A DNA stretch of 64,000 nt from Camelus dromedarius (GCF_036321535.1 NC_087436.1:111044001-111108000), one strand, 5' to 3'. Shown: positions 37,770 to 52,300, counted from the stretch's first letter. Numbers and translations are program-made. Notes: generated by a model from the sequence alone, not told the origin.

Positions 37770-38490
37770 TCTTAAGGAGAAAGGGCAAAAGCATAAGCTC
37801 TACCATAGAACAGATATGGATTCAAATCTTGCTCTACCATGAATTAGTGATATGGTTTTGATAAACTACTTACTCTTTTATGTGACCTAGTTTTCTCATA
37901 TGCAGAAGAGGCGTAATAATTATAGATGCTTATACTCTATTGTGTGCCCTCACCCACTAAAAATAGTTTTATTAAAACAAAAGATATTGGTTTACATTTT
38001 AGCGTTTACTGTGTGTTTACTAGTAGCTTCTGGTGGAAAAAATACGGGCTATGCAGTCAAACCTAGATTGGTTGGTTGTTTGCTGTTTTATTCATTAAAT
38101 AGCTGTGATATTGGGCAAGTTACTTTACTTGGTGATGTTATATCATTGTGAAGATTGATATAATGTAAATGAAACATCCAGCTTAGTGCCATATAGGCAT
38201 CCAGTGAAGAGTAGCCCCATGGTGGACTGCACTAATTTTTTCGCTTTGAATGTATAAGAAAACTAAGCAATGGCATCTAAATGACCTGTTCTATTCATAA
38301 TATGGCACAGAAGTTAAGAGGTCAGGTTTTTTAGTTAGACCTGGGTTCTAGTCCTGGTTCTACAACTTATTCAGCCTTGTGTGACCTTAAGCAAACTTTT
38401 TAACCTCCTTAAGACTAGTTTCCATTTCTGTCTAATAGGAATGATTCTACTTCTTAAGAAGATTATTGTGATGTAAAAGAGATACTGCTT
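37770..38490 (+). mobile_element. Cluster of three MIR fragments
   Basis: ggattcaaatcttgctctacca; agctgtgatattgggcaagtta; gacctgggttctagtcctgg...gtgaccttaagcaa. Confidence 0.7.
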
Positions 38491-39342
38491 GCAAACTCAC
38501 CAAATTGTATACATTATTTATGTGCAGTTTTTTGTATACCAGTTATGCCTCAATAAAGATGGGGAGGGATGGGAGGAAGAGATAATGTAAGAGCTCAGTT
38601 GTCTAAAACTGCTGCTACTATTATTTATTATTATTATTATCAATTACTTGGAATCACACTAAGTCAACAAAGGAGTATCACCTAGGGGTTAGTTCTCAGA
38701 TTACATCTTATAATCATTAAGAAGATTATCCTTAGGATTCCATGAATTAGTAACTAACATCAAGGTGTAAGGTGTCGTGCAGTCTCAAAAGTGAGCAGTA
38801 GTAATACTTCAGAACTGTCAGCAGCATACATGATACTCTGAATATTTTGGGGAAGTAGAATTGTCACATAAATAGGATACAAATTACAACATTCTTTGTG
38901 TTTGTTTTATACAAATAAGTCACTTTTGTGCTTCACTTTCTTAGCTAATAAAATAGAAAAATTTTTTGCTAAAATGTGTTGATATATATTGTTAGCCTAT
39001 GTAACATTCAAGAAGTAAAAAGAAAAGGAATATTTGAAAAAATTGTTCTATAGACATATACACCAATCAGCCTTCCATAATCATGAGACACTTTGAAGTA
39101 AAATTTCAAAGTTGGCTAATCCTGTTAGCTGTTTTTCTTATTCCCTCCATGTTCTGAATATCAGAGAACCAAAACTAATTTTAAAATATTAATAACAGAG
39201 TGAAAATCTTGTATGAATATATTTGTGCAATGAAAGGTCACATTTTCTAAAGCAAAACATAAATTATTTAAGAACTTATTATTTTACTTTTTAATTCTTT
39301 AGGTATGGGCAATAGAGAGTGTACTTTATAATGATAAATGGG

Positions 39343-40729
39343 TTTTTTTTAACTTTTTTTATTGTGTTATAGTCATTTTACAATGTTGTGTCAAATTCCA
39401 GTGTAGAGCACAATTTTTCAGTTATACATGATCATACATATATTCATTGTCACATTTTTTTTTTGCTGTGAGCTACCACAAGATCTTGTATATATTTCCC
39501 TGTGCTATACAGTGTAATCTTGTTTATCTATTCAACATTTTGAAAACCAGTCTGTCCCTTCCCACCCACCGCCCCCTTGGCAATCACAAGTTTGTATTCT
39601 ATGTCTGTGAGTCTGTTTCTGTTTTGTATTTATGGGGTTTTTTTGTTCTTTGGTTTTTTTTGTTTTAGATTCCACATATGAGCGATCTCATGTGGGATTT
39701 TTCTTTCTCTTTCTGGCTTACTTCACTTAGAATGACATTCTCCAGGAACATCCATGTTGCTGCAAATGGCATTATGTTGTCGGTTTTTATGGCTGAGTAG
39801 TATTCCATTGTATAAATATACCACCTCTTCTTTATCCAGTCATCTGTTGATGGACATTTAGGCTGTTTCCATGTCTTGGCTATTGTAAATAGTGCTGCTG
39901 TGAACATTGGGGTGCAGGTGTCTTTTTGAAGTAGGGTTCCTTCTGGATATATGCCCAGGAGGGGGATTCCTGGGTCATATGATAAGTCTATTCCTAGTCT
40001 TTTGAGTTATCTCCATACTGTTTTCCACAGTGGCTGCACCAAACTGCATTCCCACCAGCAGTGTAGGAGGGTTCCGTTTTCTCCACAGCTTCTCCAGCAT
40101 TTGTCATTTGTGGACTTTTAAATGATGGCCATTCCAGCTGGTGTGAGGTGATACCCCATTGTAGTTTTGATTTGCATTTCTCTGATAATTAGTGATATTG
40201 AGCATTTTCTTCATGTGCCTATTGATAATTTGTATTTCTTCCTTGGAGAATTGCTTGTTTAGGTCTTCTGCCCATTTTTGGATTGGGTTGTTTGTTGTTT
40301 TCTTATTAAGTTGTATGAGCTGCTTATATATTCTGGAGATCGAGCCTTTGTTGGTTTCATTTGCAAAAATTTTCTCCCATTCCATAGGTTGTCATTTGTT
40401 TTACTCATGGTTTCCTCTGCTGTGCAGAAGCTTGTAAGTTTAATTAGGTCTCATTTGTTTATTCTTGCTTTTATTTCTATTGCTTGGGTAGACTGCCCTA
40501 GGAGAACATTTTTGAGATGTATGTCAGATAATGTGTTGCCTATAGTTTCTTCTAGGAGGTTTATTGTATCTTGTCTTAAGTTTAAGTCTTTGATCCATTT
40601 TGACTTTACTTTTGTGTATGGTGTAAGGGAGTGTTCTAGCTTCATTGATTTACATGGCTGCTGTCCAGTTTTCCCAACACCATTTGCTGAAGAGACTGTC
40701 TTTATTCCATTGTATATTCTTGCCTCCTT
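39343..40729 (-). mobile_element. Young, 5'-truncated lineage-specific L1
   Basis: T-rich tail, complete 3' UTR, little-diverged ORF2 C-terminal peptides (39665..39907 FTIAKTWKQPKCPS; 40104..40385; 40451..40645). Confidence 0.95.
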
Positions 40730-41699
40730 TATAGTGACAAGAAATATTAAAATACTTTTATGTATATATAAGAAAAAAAATTTTTTTTTAGGCCAGCAGA
40801 TGTTACAGTATCCTGCTTTAGGATTGCTTCTGTCTTAAATACACTAAGTCAGATTACATTGTTTCTGTTGAGTAGCTGGAACCATGATACTAACCAAATA
40901 TGCTAGTGAGTCTGATCATGTACTCTAATTTTCTGGTATTGCCTGAACTCCAAAACCTTTTGGGTGGCCTAGAGCATCCTTATTTACTTTGCATGTATCT
41001 CATTTTTCAACACAAAATAGAAGAGTTCTGCAAAACCATCTGTGGGCCCATATTAAAAGCTTGCTATTTTTTTTTCATGAGTCTTTATCCATTTTTGTTT
41101 TTCTTAAAAAGCACACTTATTGTTCTGGCAATACTGGTTGATGTTGTTGAGGTTTGTTTGTAGAAGAAGCACTCTGGTGGAGTACTGGTCAGTTGCTACC
41201 TAGATTAGGGTATGTTGTATACCTCTGGCATCATTGTTTATTGGAGTTATTGGAGTTACAATGTCTAGAATGTTATAGAGATAAACCCAGGGATAATATG
41301 AAGTCTGTGATTCTTCCTGTTACATCCATTTCTTTGACTTAATCCTTTTTAGCTCTGGAAATGTTTTAGATTGTTAATGAGTGTTCTTTCATTATTGTTG
41401 AGTATTTTGTTGGAGCAAAAAAAAAAAAATTGTACGGAGCAGTACTGTAAAACCGTGCTGTCCAAAATCATGTGTACATGTAGTCAGAGATTAAATAAGA
41501 TAATCCACTGAAGTGCAAGAATTCTACATTGATCTACATCCTTAATAAAACAAGATTTCTCCAATAAAGGGAACCAAGGCTTTTTGAGAAGTGGTTGCTT
41601 CCATAGCTGGGGCTGGGAAAGTATAAAATGAGTTTGGAGCATTTTGTGATGCCAAGAAAGTAAGGAAGTCTCGAAAGAAGTAGGCTGGTAGGACACAGG

Positions 41700-42760
41700 T
41701 ACCAACCTGAAAGAGCTGCTGATGGCCAAAACTGGAACAATTTGAGCAAAAAAATAAATACCTATGGGATAAGATCAATATCTATGTTTTCATACTGTTA
41801 TAAATAAATGAGGAAGAAGGGACAGCTCTTTCTTACAGAAGAATTTCCATTTAAAAATGTAGAAGGAATGCAGGAAATGAAAATCAGCCTTAGAACTCCA
41901 CAGTGACAATTACTGCATCCACCAATGAGTGCTAGCATTAGTGGGCAAAAGGTTGATGAGAAACAGAGTACTTGCATGCTCTAAGAGTATCTTCCCTAAT
42001 ATATTAGTTACAAAGAGAGAAATAGTAATTTTACAGTACGGAAACCCAGGAGACACCAACTTAACCAAGTGACCCAGGGTAGTATCACCAGTAATAAAAC
42101 ATACCCAGTCTTACTGGTGCACTGATGTCATACACTGAGAAAGGCACATCACTTCTGTAGCCAAAAATGCATACCTTTGAACTAATCATGAGAAAGCATC
42201 AGATATGTTGAGGAACATTTTCTCTCAAATAACTGACCAGTACTCATCTAAAATATCAGTATCATGAAAGACAAGGAAAAACAGGAACATTGACTGATTA
42301 GAGAAGTCTAAGGAAACATGACTACTAAATGGGATCCTGGATTGGATTCTGGAACAGAAAAAGGACCTTAGTGGAAAAATTGATGAATTTCAAATAAAAT
42401 CTATAGTTTAGTTAATAGTATTATACTGATGTAAATTTCTCGGTTTTGATAATTGGTTTTATAGAATGTTAACATTAAGAAAAAGCTGGGAAAAGAATAT
42501 ATAGGAAATCTTTTGAGGGAGGGTATAGCTCAAGTGGTAGAGCACCTGCTTAGCATGCACGAGGTCCTGGGTTCAATCCCCAGTACCTCCTCTAAAAATA
42601 AATAAATAAACAAACCTAATTACCCTCCCCCCACAAAAAAGCTAAAAACAAAAAACAAACAAACAAAAAGGAAATCTTTGTGCTGCTTTTGAAACTTTTC
42701 TGTAGGCTAAAATTACTTCAAAATTCAAAATATTTTTAAAAACATAATAAAAATAAAAAG
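41700..42760 (+). mobile_element. Old L1 3' end (L1MC-type)
   Basis: ttaaccaagtga...atcaccagtaat; gggatcctggattggattctggaacagaaaaaggac; aacttttctgta...aaaattacttcaaaat. Confidence 0.75.
42515..42668 (+). mobile_element. tRNA-derived SINE (vic-1-like), well preserved
   Basis: gggagggtatagctcaagtggtagagc...ggttcaatccccagtacctcc, A-rich tail, 11-bp TSD aggaaatcttt (42503-42513 and 42669-42679). Confidence 0.92.
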
Positions 42761-45700
42761 TAAGTTAACCATTTCAGATCTTTGATGAATAGACTGACAA
42801 TGGCATCCTTACTTGGGCTTTATATCAGAAGTCCTGTCATATAAAGGAGACTTAGTGTCCTGGGAGAAGAGTGAGAGCTCCGTTCCTCAAACAAGGAGGG
42901 ATTGATAATGAGGCCCTTATTCTTTGGTTTGCAATCTAAGTGTTGTGATACATCGCAGCTTATATGGCCCAGTTAAATGGATATACATATTCTACTATGT
43001 AGTTTTGTCTGAATTAAGTTTGAAAAATGGCATTTAAAAATTATATCATTAATGAACCCTTTTCCAAATATGTGCAGTGCTTTGAGTTGTTTGGCTCATA
43101 ATAAGAATGTGGCTATGTAATTTATAAATAATACACATGTTTTTAAGGTGTGTTCTCAATTTTGTAAGTTGGTGAGGTGAATATCCATCAGAATTTGAAG
43201 AACTCTATTCTGAAGGAATATTTTAGAAACTGATTTTTCTGAAGTCCAGAATTGGTGAACTGAACTTATGAAGAATATTTAATTGCTAAAAAAAGTCTAA
43301 TAAGGAAAGTTGTAATCACAGGGGAGTTGGACTTTTGTTTTAACAAGGCTAGGAAATTCACAAATACTGTGGTCAGTTCATGGCTTCAAAGACGCAAAAA
43401 AAAAAAAAACAAGGAACAAGAATGGTTAGGATGGGCAAAAGGCTTAAATAGCTACATTAAGCTGTGGTAGGCCATGACTTTTACTAAAACTTCATGTAGG
43501 CTTTAAGAAATGAAACTTGAAAGTATACTGGGGTACAGCAAGAGTTTCCTTTTATGATAATGTTATGAATTCCTATGATAATGTGGTTCTATCCCTCTTA
43601 CCCTCCCCCCCCAAAAAAACCCTTAAATGTTGTAAAAGGGAGAAATCCTGCGATTCTGTATTCTCCATGTTCCTCTAACCTGACGGATTCCTCATTACAC
43701 ACGGACAGTTGAGACTGTCAAATCTGTGGAATAAAAAGAAGCTTCAGGAAGCACATGTCTCCTTATCTGATCCTTGATTTTGTGTTTATCCTTCGCAGTG
43801 CACGTTCAGTAGTGACATAGTAAACCACAGTGAAAGCAGCATGAGCTATGTCTAAGTCTTCATTCTTGCCTGCCTTTGAACCAACTAGCTCATAAGACTT
43901 TCAGAAAAAAAAAGATCAGTTTTCTTTAATAATTCCTTTCAATGACCGTTCAGTTCCTTTTGGTGTGAAGTGCAAGAGAGGAAAGGAATATTTTCTCATT
44001 CTTGCTTAATCTATGCCCTGTAAAAAAATAATAAGAATAAAATGAATTTAAAAAAAAGAAAAAATTTAAAAAGCAGAGTATCATTTATTTATGAAATTTA
44101 TTGAGTTACCTTGTTGTGGTACCACTGTAGATTCCTGAATAGGTAAGTGAGTAACATACAGTGCTTAGTCTCAAGGAGGAAGCCAGCATGTCATATAGTA
44201 GGATATGTTGGAGATAGAATAGAGACAGTAGTTCACATGCTCTTGATTCTCATGTCATCTTTAACTTCCTGTGGGTAAATTGAAGATCAAATGGGCCTCA
44301 AGATACCCCTGCAAGAAATATAAAATTTTTACACTGTATCCTTCCATAGTGGATTGCTAACTCCTAGAGAGCAGAAAATATGTATTCTTTCTCATTGTCT
44401 CTTTTACTACACTGACCAAATGTCATAGTTATATTAGAGTCTTGGTAATTGATTTTTAATAACTTTAATTACAAGAATGAACAGTGATCTTTAGTTAAAA
44501 TATAGCTCTGTGCCTCTGTAGCTATCCCATTATTTTTCTAGCAAAAAAATTATTGCTTGTTATTAGTAATTTGCATTTTGTTTAGAGTCTCATTCCATTT
44601 AAAATTAAAAGCAATAAAGTAAGCAAGCAACATTTGGGAGGGGCTTTTATGGCTAGCTCATATTCAGTAGGCAAGAAAGCAGTATTGTTAGTCTTGTTAG
44701 TTGAGTATTAAGCCCTCACTCCTCAGTTAACCTTCCTGCCTGTTACTGTAGCAGGTAAATGTTCTCCATGACCTTGTCATGTCCAGAGAACAATACATTT
44801 AAATCCTATAGTAGTCCTTATCAAACTTAACTGATTTAGAATACAGTTTTTACAGCCTCATTTGGGCTTCACTGTATTGTTGAAGTATTTAGATTTTCTT
44901 TGGTACGCAGTTTGCTTTTTAACACTTCTATTTTGTTTTCTGTTTGTTCCCAGGAATTCCCCAGCTTTAGCAGATCTAAAGCCTCTCTAGAGATGTTGGT
45001 ATCTCTCTGTGTGCTACGTTGGTTACAGTGGGTATTTTCTACAAGTGGATATGTTCTGCAAACACTTGTGGTACTACACTCAGCCATAACTGCCCTACAG
45101 TTGCCTCTGGACAATAATGTCTAAACTCTTTTGACTATGGCTGTGATAGGAATAAGGTGTTGTCTCAACTACGTTGTTGGGTCAGATTTGATACTACTTA
45201 ATAGCAACTGCCATAGCAGTTGAGAAGCCAGAAAAAGAGTCTATCATGGGAAATGACTCAACATTCCAAATAATCTAGTCAAATTTTCGCTACAACACAG
45301 ACTATTATATAGAGAGATATAATCATTAAGATAATATATCTAGGGTAACTTGCCTGACTGTATCACTATTAAAGGAAAATGGTTTTTATCCCTCTTATTT
45401 AGTATCGTAATGAATTGTTTCATGTTTCTAGGGTAGCAGGCCAACTGAAAGACTTGAACCATTGTTACTCATCTGTTCTGGCTTGTGTGGCAGAATGTAT
45501 CAGTAGATTGTGTAAGAAGTAGAAGCTGGATGAAACAGGATGGGAGTGGAACATATGGGACATACAGTAATTGTTGTATTGGCGGTCTGTGGCTGTGGTT
45601 ATCAAGTGATTCCTAATGGGGATACATTTTTAAATACTAGTTCAAATGCACTTGTGATTTCTTTTCTTTCTCTGAAAATATTCAGAAACTCTGAATCTCT

Positions 45701-45892
45701 TCTACCTTAGTTTGCTCAACATGCTGTTCTCTGACTTTTCTCATGTTCTTCTTCACAATTGTAAGAAATGAAGCAGAGGGTATAGTATTTTATCATTGCA
45801 ACTTAAAAATAACATATGCTGTTTTATTGCTATAATTTCCATGATAATTGTTTTATCAAGTTTTTATGTCTCTTTAATTTTGCTTTCTTGCT

Positions 45893-46365
45893 CGGGGATT
45901 CTTAACCTGGGATATTCCCCCAAAAGTTTATGGATGGGATTTCGTGGGTTCATGAACTTGAATGGGAGGGAAATGGCATCTTTATTTTCACTAACCCCTA
46001 GCTGAAATTTAACGTTTCCGTCAAATATAAATGTTGACGGCAAGCAGCAGTAGTATTATACTGTTTTAGCAATAAAAATCATAGATATTTTCATATCACA
46101 TATCTTAAATTATTGTTTACATTCCCACTACTTTGAAATTGTGGTAGATATTAGTCTTAATGCTAGATCTTATATTTTAATTCATTAAGAAAAAAGCACA
46201 TATTACTATATCTGAATTTAAAAAATTTTTAATGGTATTTCATTATAGTTGGTTTCTTCTGTAATCCTACAAATTTGTGCATTTAAAGCGTGATTCTGAG
46301 AAGGAGACCATAGTCTTCACCACACTGCCAAAAGAGTTCTTGCACAAAAAGGGTTAAGAATCCTG
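45893..46365 (+). mobile_element. hAT non-autonomous element (Charlie4a-like)
   Basis: Inverted termini cggggattcttaacc / gggttaagaatcctg; interior catctttattttcactaacc and attctgagaagg match the recalled consensus. Confidence 0.8.
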
Positions 46366-49300
46366 CCTACTTTACTATTTGATCTTCAGACTGTCTCCAG
46401 AATGTTATACCTTAAGGACTGTGTCCTTAGAATTTATAAATAGACACATATGTATATTTATGCACGTATATGTATTTCCCTATCTCCTCCCACCCCAACC
46501 ACAGTCTCATCCACTCTCCTGGCTTCAACTCTTCTGTTCTGTCGCCAAGTTACATGCGGTTTCCTAGACATCTCCACATATGTATTATGGGAGGAATTTT
46601 AAGTTCAGTGAATCTACACGAAACTTATTTTCCTTTTTAAGTCTGTTTATTTTTCTATGTTCCCCATTAATTAGCAGCATTCACACCTTCCCACTCACTC
46701 AGGATTAAAATGCAACAATAATTTTTGATTCTTTATTCTTTTCTTACAACCTCCTCTGAAAGTAGTTATTAATAAGTCACTAGGGATTATTAATAAGGCT
46801 GCTATGAACATTCTTACTTTTGGACATTTGTCTCATTTCTCTTGGGAAAATCTGTACAAATAGAATTGTTGGATTGTATCATCATGTATATTTGAAATAT
46901 ATTAGAAACTGACAAATCATTCTCCCAAATTTATCATTTCACAGACTTATTAGAAACACTTGAGAGTTCTAGTTGCTCCAGACCCCTGTCAGCAACTACT
47001 GTTACCCATCTTTGTTACAAGCTCTTCTAGTAGACTAAGAAAAGTAAGGAAATTAAAAGGGATCTCTGAAAACTTGAGAGAGGCTTGGCAACTTAACTTT
47101 TCAAGGTTGGCTTTGCAAACTGTGTATTTTAAATGTTTTGTATAACAAATTAAGCTTTAAACACATTTACAAAATGGAATAAAATTGTATTCACAAGACC
47201 ATTATTAGATCTACGGAAGGTATTAATTTGTAATATCCGAGAAGTCCAGTGGAAGGATGGAAATTTGAATTTGTAAGGTTAAAGCCGTTTTTTTAGACCT
47301 GCCACATTCAAATATATAATCTCATTCAAATATGATATTAAAATCTTAAATATGTAGCAAATTTGTAAATGTGACGCCCAAGTCAAAGTACTGTCCTGGC
47401 TACTTCTATGCTAGACGTAAAACTAGACCAGACTTTGTTCTACATTTTCACTCTTTAGTTCTTTTTATTTGAGAAAAACGTATATCAATGGATAAATTGA
47501 TAATTAATATAATGACTTAGGAATTTTTTTATATGGCTTAGCTATACCTCTTAATCATGGAGATGAGAGTGTGCGGTGCTGTTTATCTTCTGGTGTTGTA
47601 AAGGTCATACTTGTTAATATCTTTCCCTGGAGAATGATGAGGAAAAGGAGAAGACATCTAAATCTGTAAGGTTTTCCATTAATTGCCTCTATCACAAGAG
47701 ATTTTCAGTAAAGTAAGGATGAAATTATTAATGAAAATCAAGGTTTTTTTAAAATTTGAGAGATTCAGTTAGCCCATGTTCTTACATTCTGTTCTTACAA
47801 ATGCTTTAAAAAGTTAGATGTGTTAATTACTACTCTCTATTGAAGAATTATCTTTTCCTGGTAATATAGTACAGTGATTGCAGAAGATTAACATTTCTTT
47901 ATTAATAAACCTCTCTTTTAAAATATTTTTCCAGTTGTATAGTATGGATGCTACAGCTTGTTTTGTTGAAATACAGCTAGCAGTGGTGATGTGTTACAGC
48001 ATTCTAGGAACAGTTGCAGTAGAGTGTTGGCAAAATTTGTCTGAAAACTTTAAAATGATAAGAATGTTATCCCAGAACAATGTTAGTTTGGCACTAAGGA
48101 GTAGGTGCAAGGAATGGAGGCCCAATATAAAAAGAGGCTGAATTCCTCTCAATTGTTCAAGAGGATTAAAAGGGTATCCAGTATGTCATTTTATAAATTC
48201 CTAACCCTACATATATACTGTTATAAAATTTACATATTGAATTATGAAGTGATTACAAAACAATGTAAACTGATCCATGCATACTGAGCATGTTGATTTC
48301 TAACACATATTTGTTCAATTTAATCTGTTTAATCTGTTTTATATACTTCTGCTGGTGGTAGTTGGAGACCTTTTATAATATTGTACATGAAAAGAGGTTT
48401 GGAGTTGAGAGGAAGCCAGAATCTTTTCTAATTAGATTATGCCACTGCTGCTAAGAAAAATAAGATGATTTCAGTCATCATGACTCTTGAGACTTGGCAA
48501 CGGTAGGATTGGAGGCATGCACAGAAAGGAAAGAGGTGATCAGATTTTTCCCCTCCTATAAAATGAGAATTCAGATGAGATAATTTGAACTAAGGAATTG
48601 GATTTCAGATAAATTTTCAAATTTCTTACTGTTGAAAACTCAGGGGAAAAACGGATTCAGATACTGCAGTATACCTTGCTACCTGCTCTTGCTTCTCAAA
48701 CTGTGTGAATTTAAGAACCAAATACATTTCCAAGAGTGATACTTGTACTACTGCTTTTGTAAGACCACATAGGCTGGTAAGAGTATAGTCTGGAAAATTA
48801 GTAAATTGACGTTCTAAGCTCTGCCACCATCTCTGACTTGACCTTTCTGCATTTTTGCTACCATCTCTGTAAAATTATGAGGTTGGATTAGATTTTGTCT
48901 CACGTGGTAGATCCTGAAGTCTAGAGGTCCTGAAAGTTGGTAAAAGTTCAGGAACTGTTTTTGACATTTCAGAAAGCCAGAGAAAGACACATATTTACTT
49001 GCAATAAGACAATATAACAAACACAGATTCCTTCATATTTGGTTCAAATTGATAATACTTTTTCTTCATAGAACTTGTAAGACAGAACAACTTACCACTT
49101 ATTGGCATACCTTTTAATTAAATTAAACAGGGAATTAAATTATGAAAGACTGGAAATCACCATGCTGTATATTGTAATATTACCCAAGGTGTAGGTGACC
49201 ATAGTTTACCCTTACAAATTAAGATTAATACATGTATTTATGGACAAGTGAGAGATCCATCAGTGACCATATTTTTGTATTATCTAGTAATATGTAGTAG

Positions 49301-52300
49301 ACTTTCAGGGGATTTGCTTCCAAGATTGGTTTTCAGTTACTGCGTACCTAAACTTAATTTCATTCCGTTTCTGTTCTCTAACTACAGTTAAACTCTGTTT
49401 TATAATTTTGATTAATTCATTTGGGATGCTGAGTAGTATTTTTTTTCTTGGGAATAAATGTTAAATCTAATTCTTATCTAATGTACAGAACTCTATAATG
49501 ATAATTAAAAGTTAATATATGTGTTTATATTACTGTTTCAACTACATGCTGCCATTGTTGATAATTTGTTTTTTTGAGAATTGAATATTAAGTTTGGAGA
49601 AGAAAAGAATGCATTTTACTCTTCTCTCTGGGTACTTCTTTGATTCCCTCTTTTCTTCTGTTGCCTCTCCTGTCTCCACCTAAGTGGCAGTATATGGTAT
49701 TTGGTCTCCATTATTGGGTAAAATACGTAATACCTGAGCACCAGTATAGCATCACTTTAAAGTGATATAAATTAAGAGTAATTTGTTCTCTGTAAAACTG
49801 TGTACTGCATATGTCAGTTTGAATCCCAGTGGGTGGACTGGCGATAGTTGTTCAGTGGATAATTAACATTTTCATCCTCTGCTTTTTAGAGAGACATAAT
49901 ACTTTTTTCTGTCCCAACTTGAGAAAATGAATTTTAAAATGCCTTGATGCCACATTTAGTAAATGCTTTTAGTCTACGGAGAAAAACAATTTTCTAATGT
50001 GATACTTGCTCACCTAGTAGTCAAGAAATGTCAAATGGATATGCTATGTAGTTGTCAAAATGTGAGTTGGAATTTAGTTTTTAAGTAGCTTAATATAGCA
50101 CCTTTTTCTTTTTTACCCATAGTGTAGGATTACTGTTGGTCCATAATTCTTAATCTGCATTCCTAGATTTTCATGGTTAGTTACCTACTTATGGAATGCT
50201 ATAATTTCCATCTAAATTTAGTTGTCTCTAACACACTTTTTTCAAAAACAACAATCATATTCATTAATGAATAAATCCAATCTTAAAGTATGTATCACCA
50301 TCAAAACTAAGCATTCTGAATAGTACATCTGTAATTCCTTATTCTAAAGGATCTCTGGTGCCACCTACTGAATAGTTTTTTAAAGGAAGAAAAGTATGTG
50401 AAGTCAAATAGATTTTTTACTTAATCCAATTTTTTGTTTTGTTTTTTAAATTAATAGACTTTTTTTTTTTTTACAGTTTTAGATTTACAGAAAAATCGAG
50501 CAGAAAGTACAGAGCATTCCCATATACTACTCCCATTCAATTTCTCCTGTTAACATTTTTCATTGATAGTTGTACATTTATTACAGTTGATGAATCAGTA
50601 TTGATAAACTATTATTAAATAAAAAGTTCATAGTTTACATTAGGTTCGCTCTTTCTGTCTTGTACAGTTGTGCGGGCTCTGCCAAATGTACAGTTTTATA
50701 TATCCACCATTACAGTGTCATGCACAATAGTTTCACTGCCCTGAAAATCTTCTGTGCTCCACTTATTCATCCTTCAGCCCCATGCCCCAACCTGTGTTAA
50801 ACACTGATCTTTTTACTGTCTCCTTAGTTTTGCCTATTTCAGAATGTGATACGGTTGGAATCATGCAGTATGTAACCTTTTTAGATTTGCTTTTTCACTT
50901 AGCAATGTGCATTTAAAGTTCCTCTATGTCCTTTCGTGGCTTGATACATAGCTCATTTTTTTTTGTTACTGAATAATGTTCCATGCTGTGGATATACCAC
51001 AATTTGTGTATCTGTTAACCTGTTGAAGAACATCTTTGCTTTAGTTTTTCCCAACTATAAATAAAGCTTCTATAAACATTCACTATTTTATGTGTGGATA
51101 TAAGTTTTCAACTCATTTGAGTAAATACGTAGGAGTGCAATTTCTGGATCCTTTGCTAAGACTTTAGCTTGGTTAAGAAGCTGCCAAACTATCTTCCAAT
51201 GTGGCTTTACCAATTTGCATTCCAGTCTGGAATGAATGAGAATTCCTGTTGCTCCACATCCTCAACAGCATTTGTTGTTGTCAGTTTCGGGTTTTAGGCT
51301 TTCTAATAGGTGTGTATTGGTATCTTGTTATTGTTCTAATTTGCAGTTCCTTAATGACATATGATATTGAGCATTTTTATATGCTTATTTGCTATCTGCA
51401 TATCTTCTTGGGTGAGATAATATATCCAGATCTTTTGCCCATTTTAAAATCAGGTTGTTCATTTTCTCATTGTTGAATTTTAAGAGTTCTTTATGTATTT
51501 TGGACATAACAGCCATTTATCAGGTAAGTGTTTTGCAAATATTTCCTCTCAGTCGGTGGCTTGTCTTTCCATTCTCTTAACAGAGTCTTTCACAATCATT
51601 GCCAAACCAAGGTCACCAAGAGTTTTTCCTGTGTTGTCTTCCAATGGTTTTATAGTTTCATGTTTTACAGTTAGGTGTAGGACCTATTTTGAGTTCATTT
51701 TGTTGAAAGGTAAAAGGTCTGTGTCTAGTTTCTTTCTTTGCATGTAATTGTCCAGTTGTACCACCACCATTTGTTGAAGACAGTCCTTTCTCCATTTGAT
51801 TACTTTTGCTCTTTTATCAAAGATTGGTTGACTCTTGTTTGTCTGGTTCTGTTTCTGGGTGCTCTGTTCTCTTCCACTGATCTGTTTGTCTGTTCTTTGG
51901 TCATCATCATCCTGCCTCAATTACTGTAGCTTGTTAAATAGTAAGTCTTGAGGTTGGCAGGATCAATTCTCCAATTTGGTTCTTTTTTGCTATTGTGATG
52001 GCAAAGAATCAGTTCGTCAGTATCCAAAAGGTAACTTGTGAGATTTTGATTAAGATTACGTTGAATCTGTAGATAAAGTTGGGAAAAACTGACATCTTAG
52101 CAACGTTGAGTTTCTATTTGTTAACGTGGGATATCTGTTTTTTCAGGTTCTTTGATTTCTTTTATCAGATTTTTGTGATTTTTGTGATCAGATTTTTGTG
52201 ATCAGATTCATGTAGATCCTGCACATATTTTCTTAGGTTTATACCTCAGTACTTCATTAAAAGAGTGTTAATGTAAATTGTATTATGTTTCAAATTTCAT

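Noticed and set aside
39325..40741. TSD for the young L1 (tttataatgataa / tttatagtgacaa)
   Set aside because: Two mismatches and not directly adjacent to the T-tail, so not convincing for a young element.
40278..40838. Longest ORF in the track (186 aa, hydrophobic)
   Set aside because: It is mostly the antisense frame of L1 ORF2. Similar peptides recur at 9280..9639 and 57376..57750, as expected for repeat copies.
42515..42590. tRNA-Ala-like sequence (also at about 6285 and 20625-20699)
   Set aside because: Followed by a SINE body and A-rich tail and flanked by TSDs, so these are SINE heads rather than tRNA genes.
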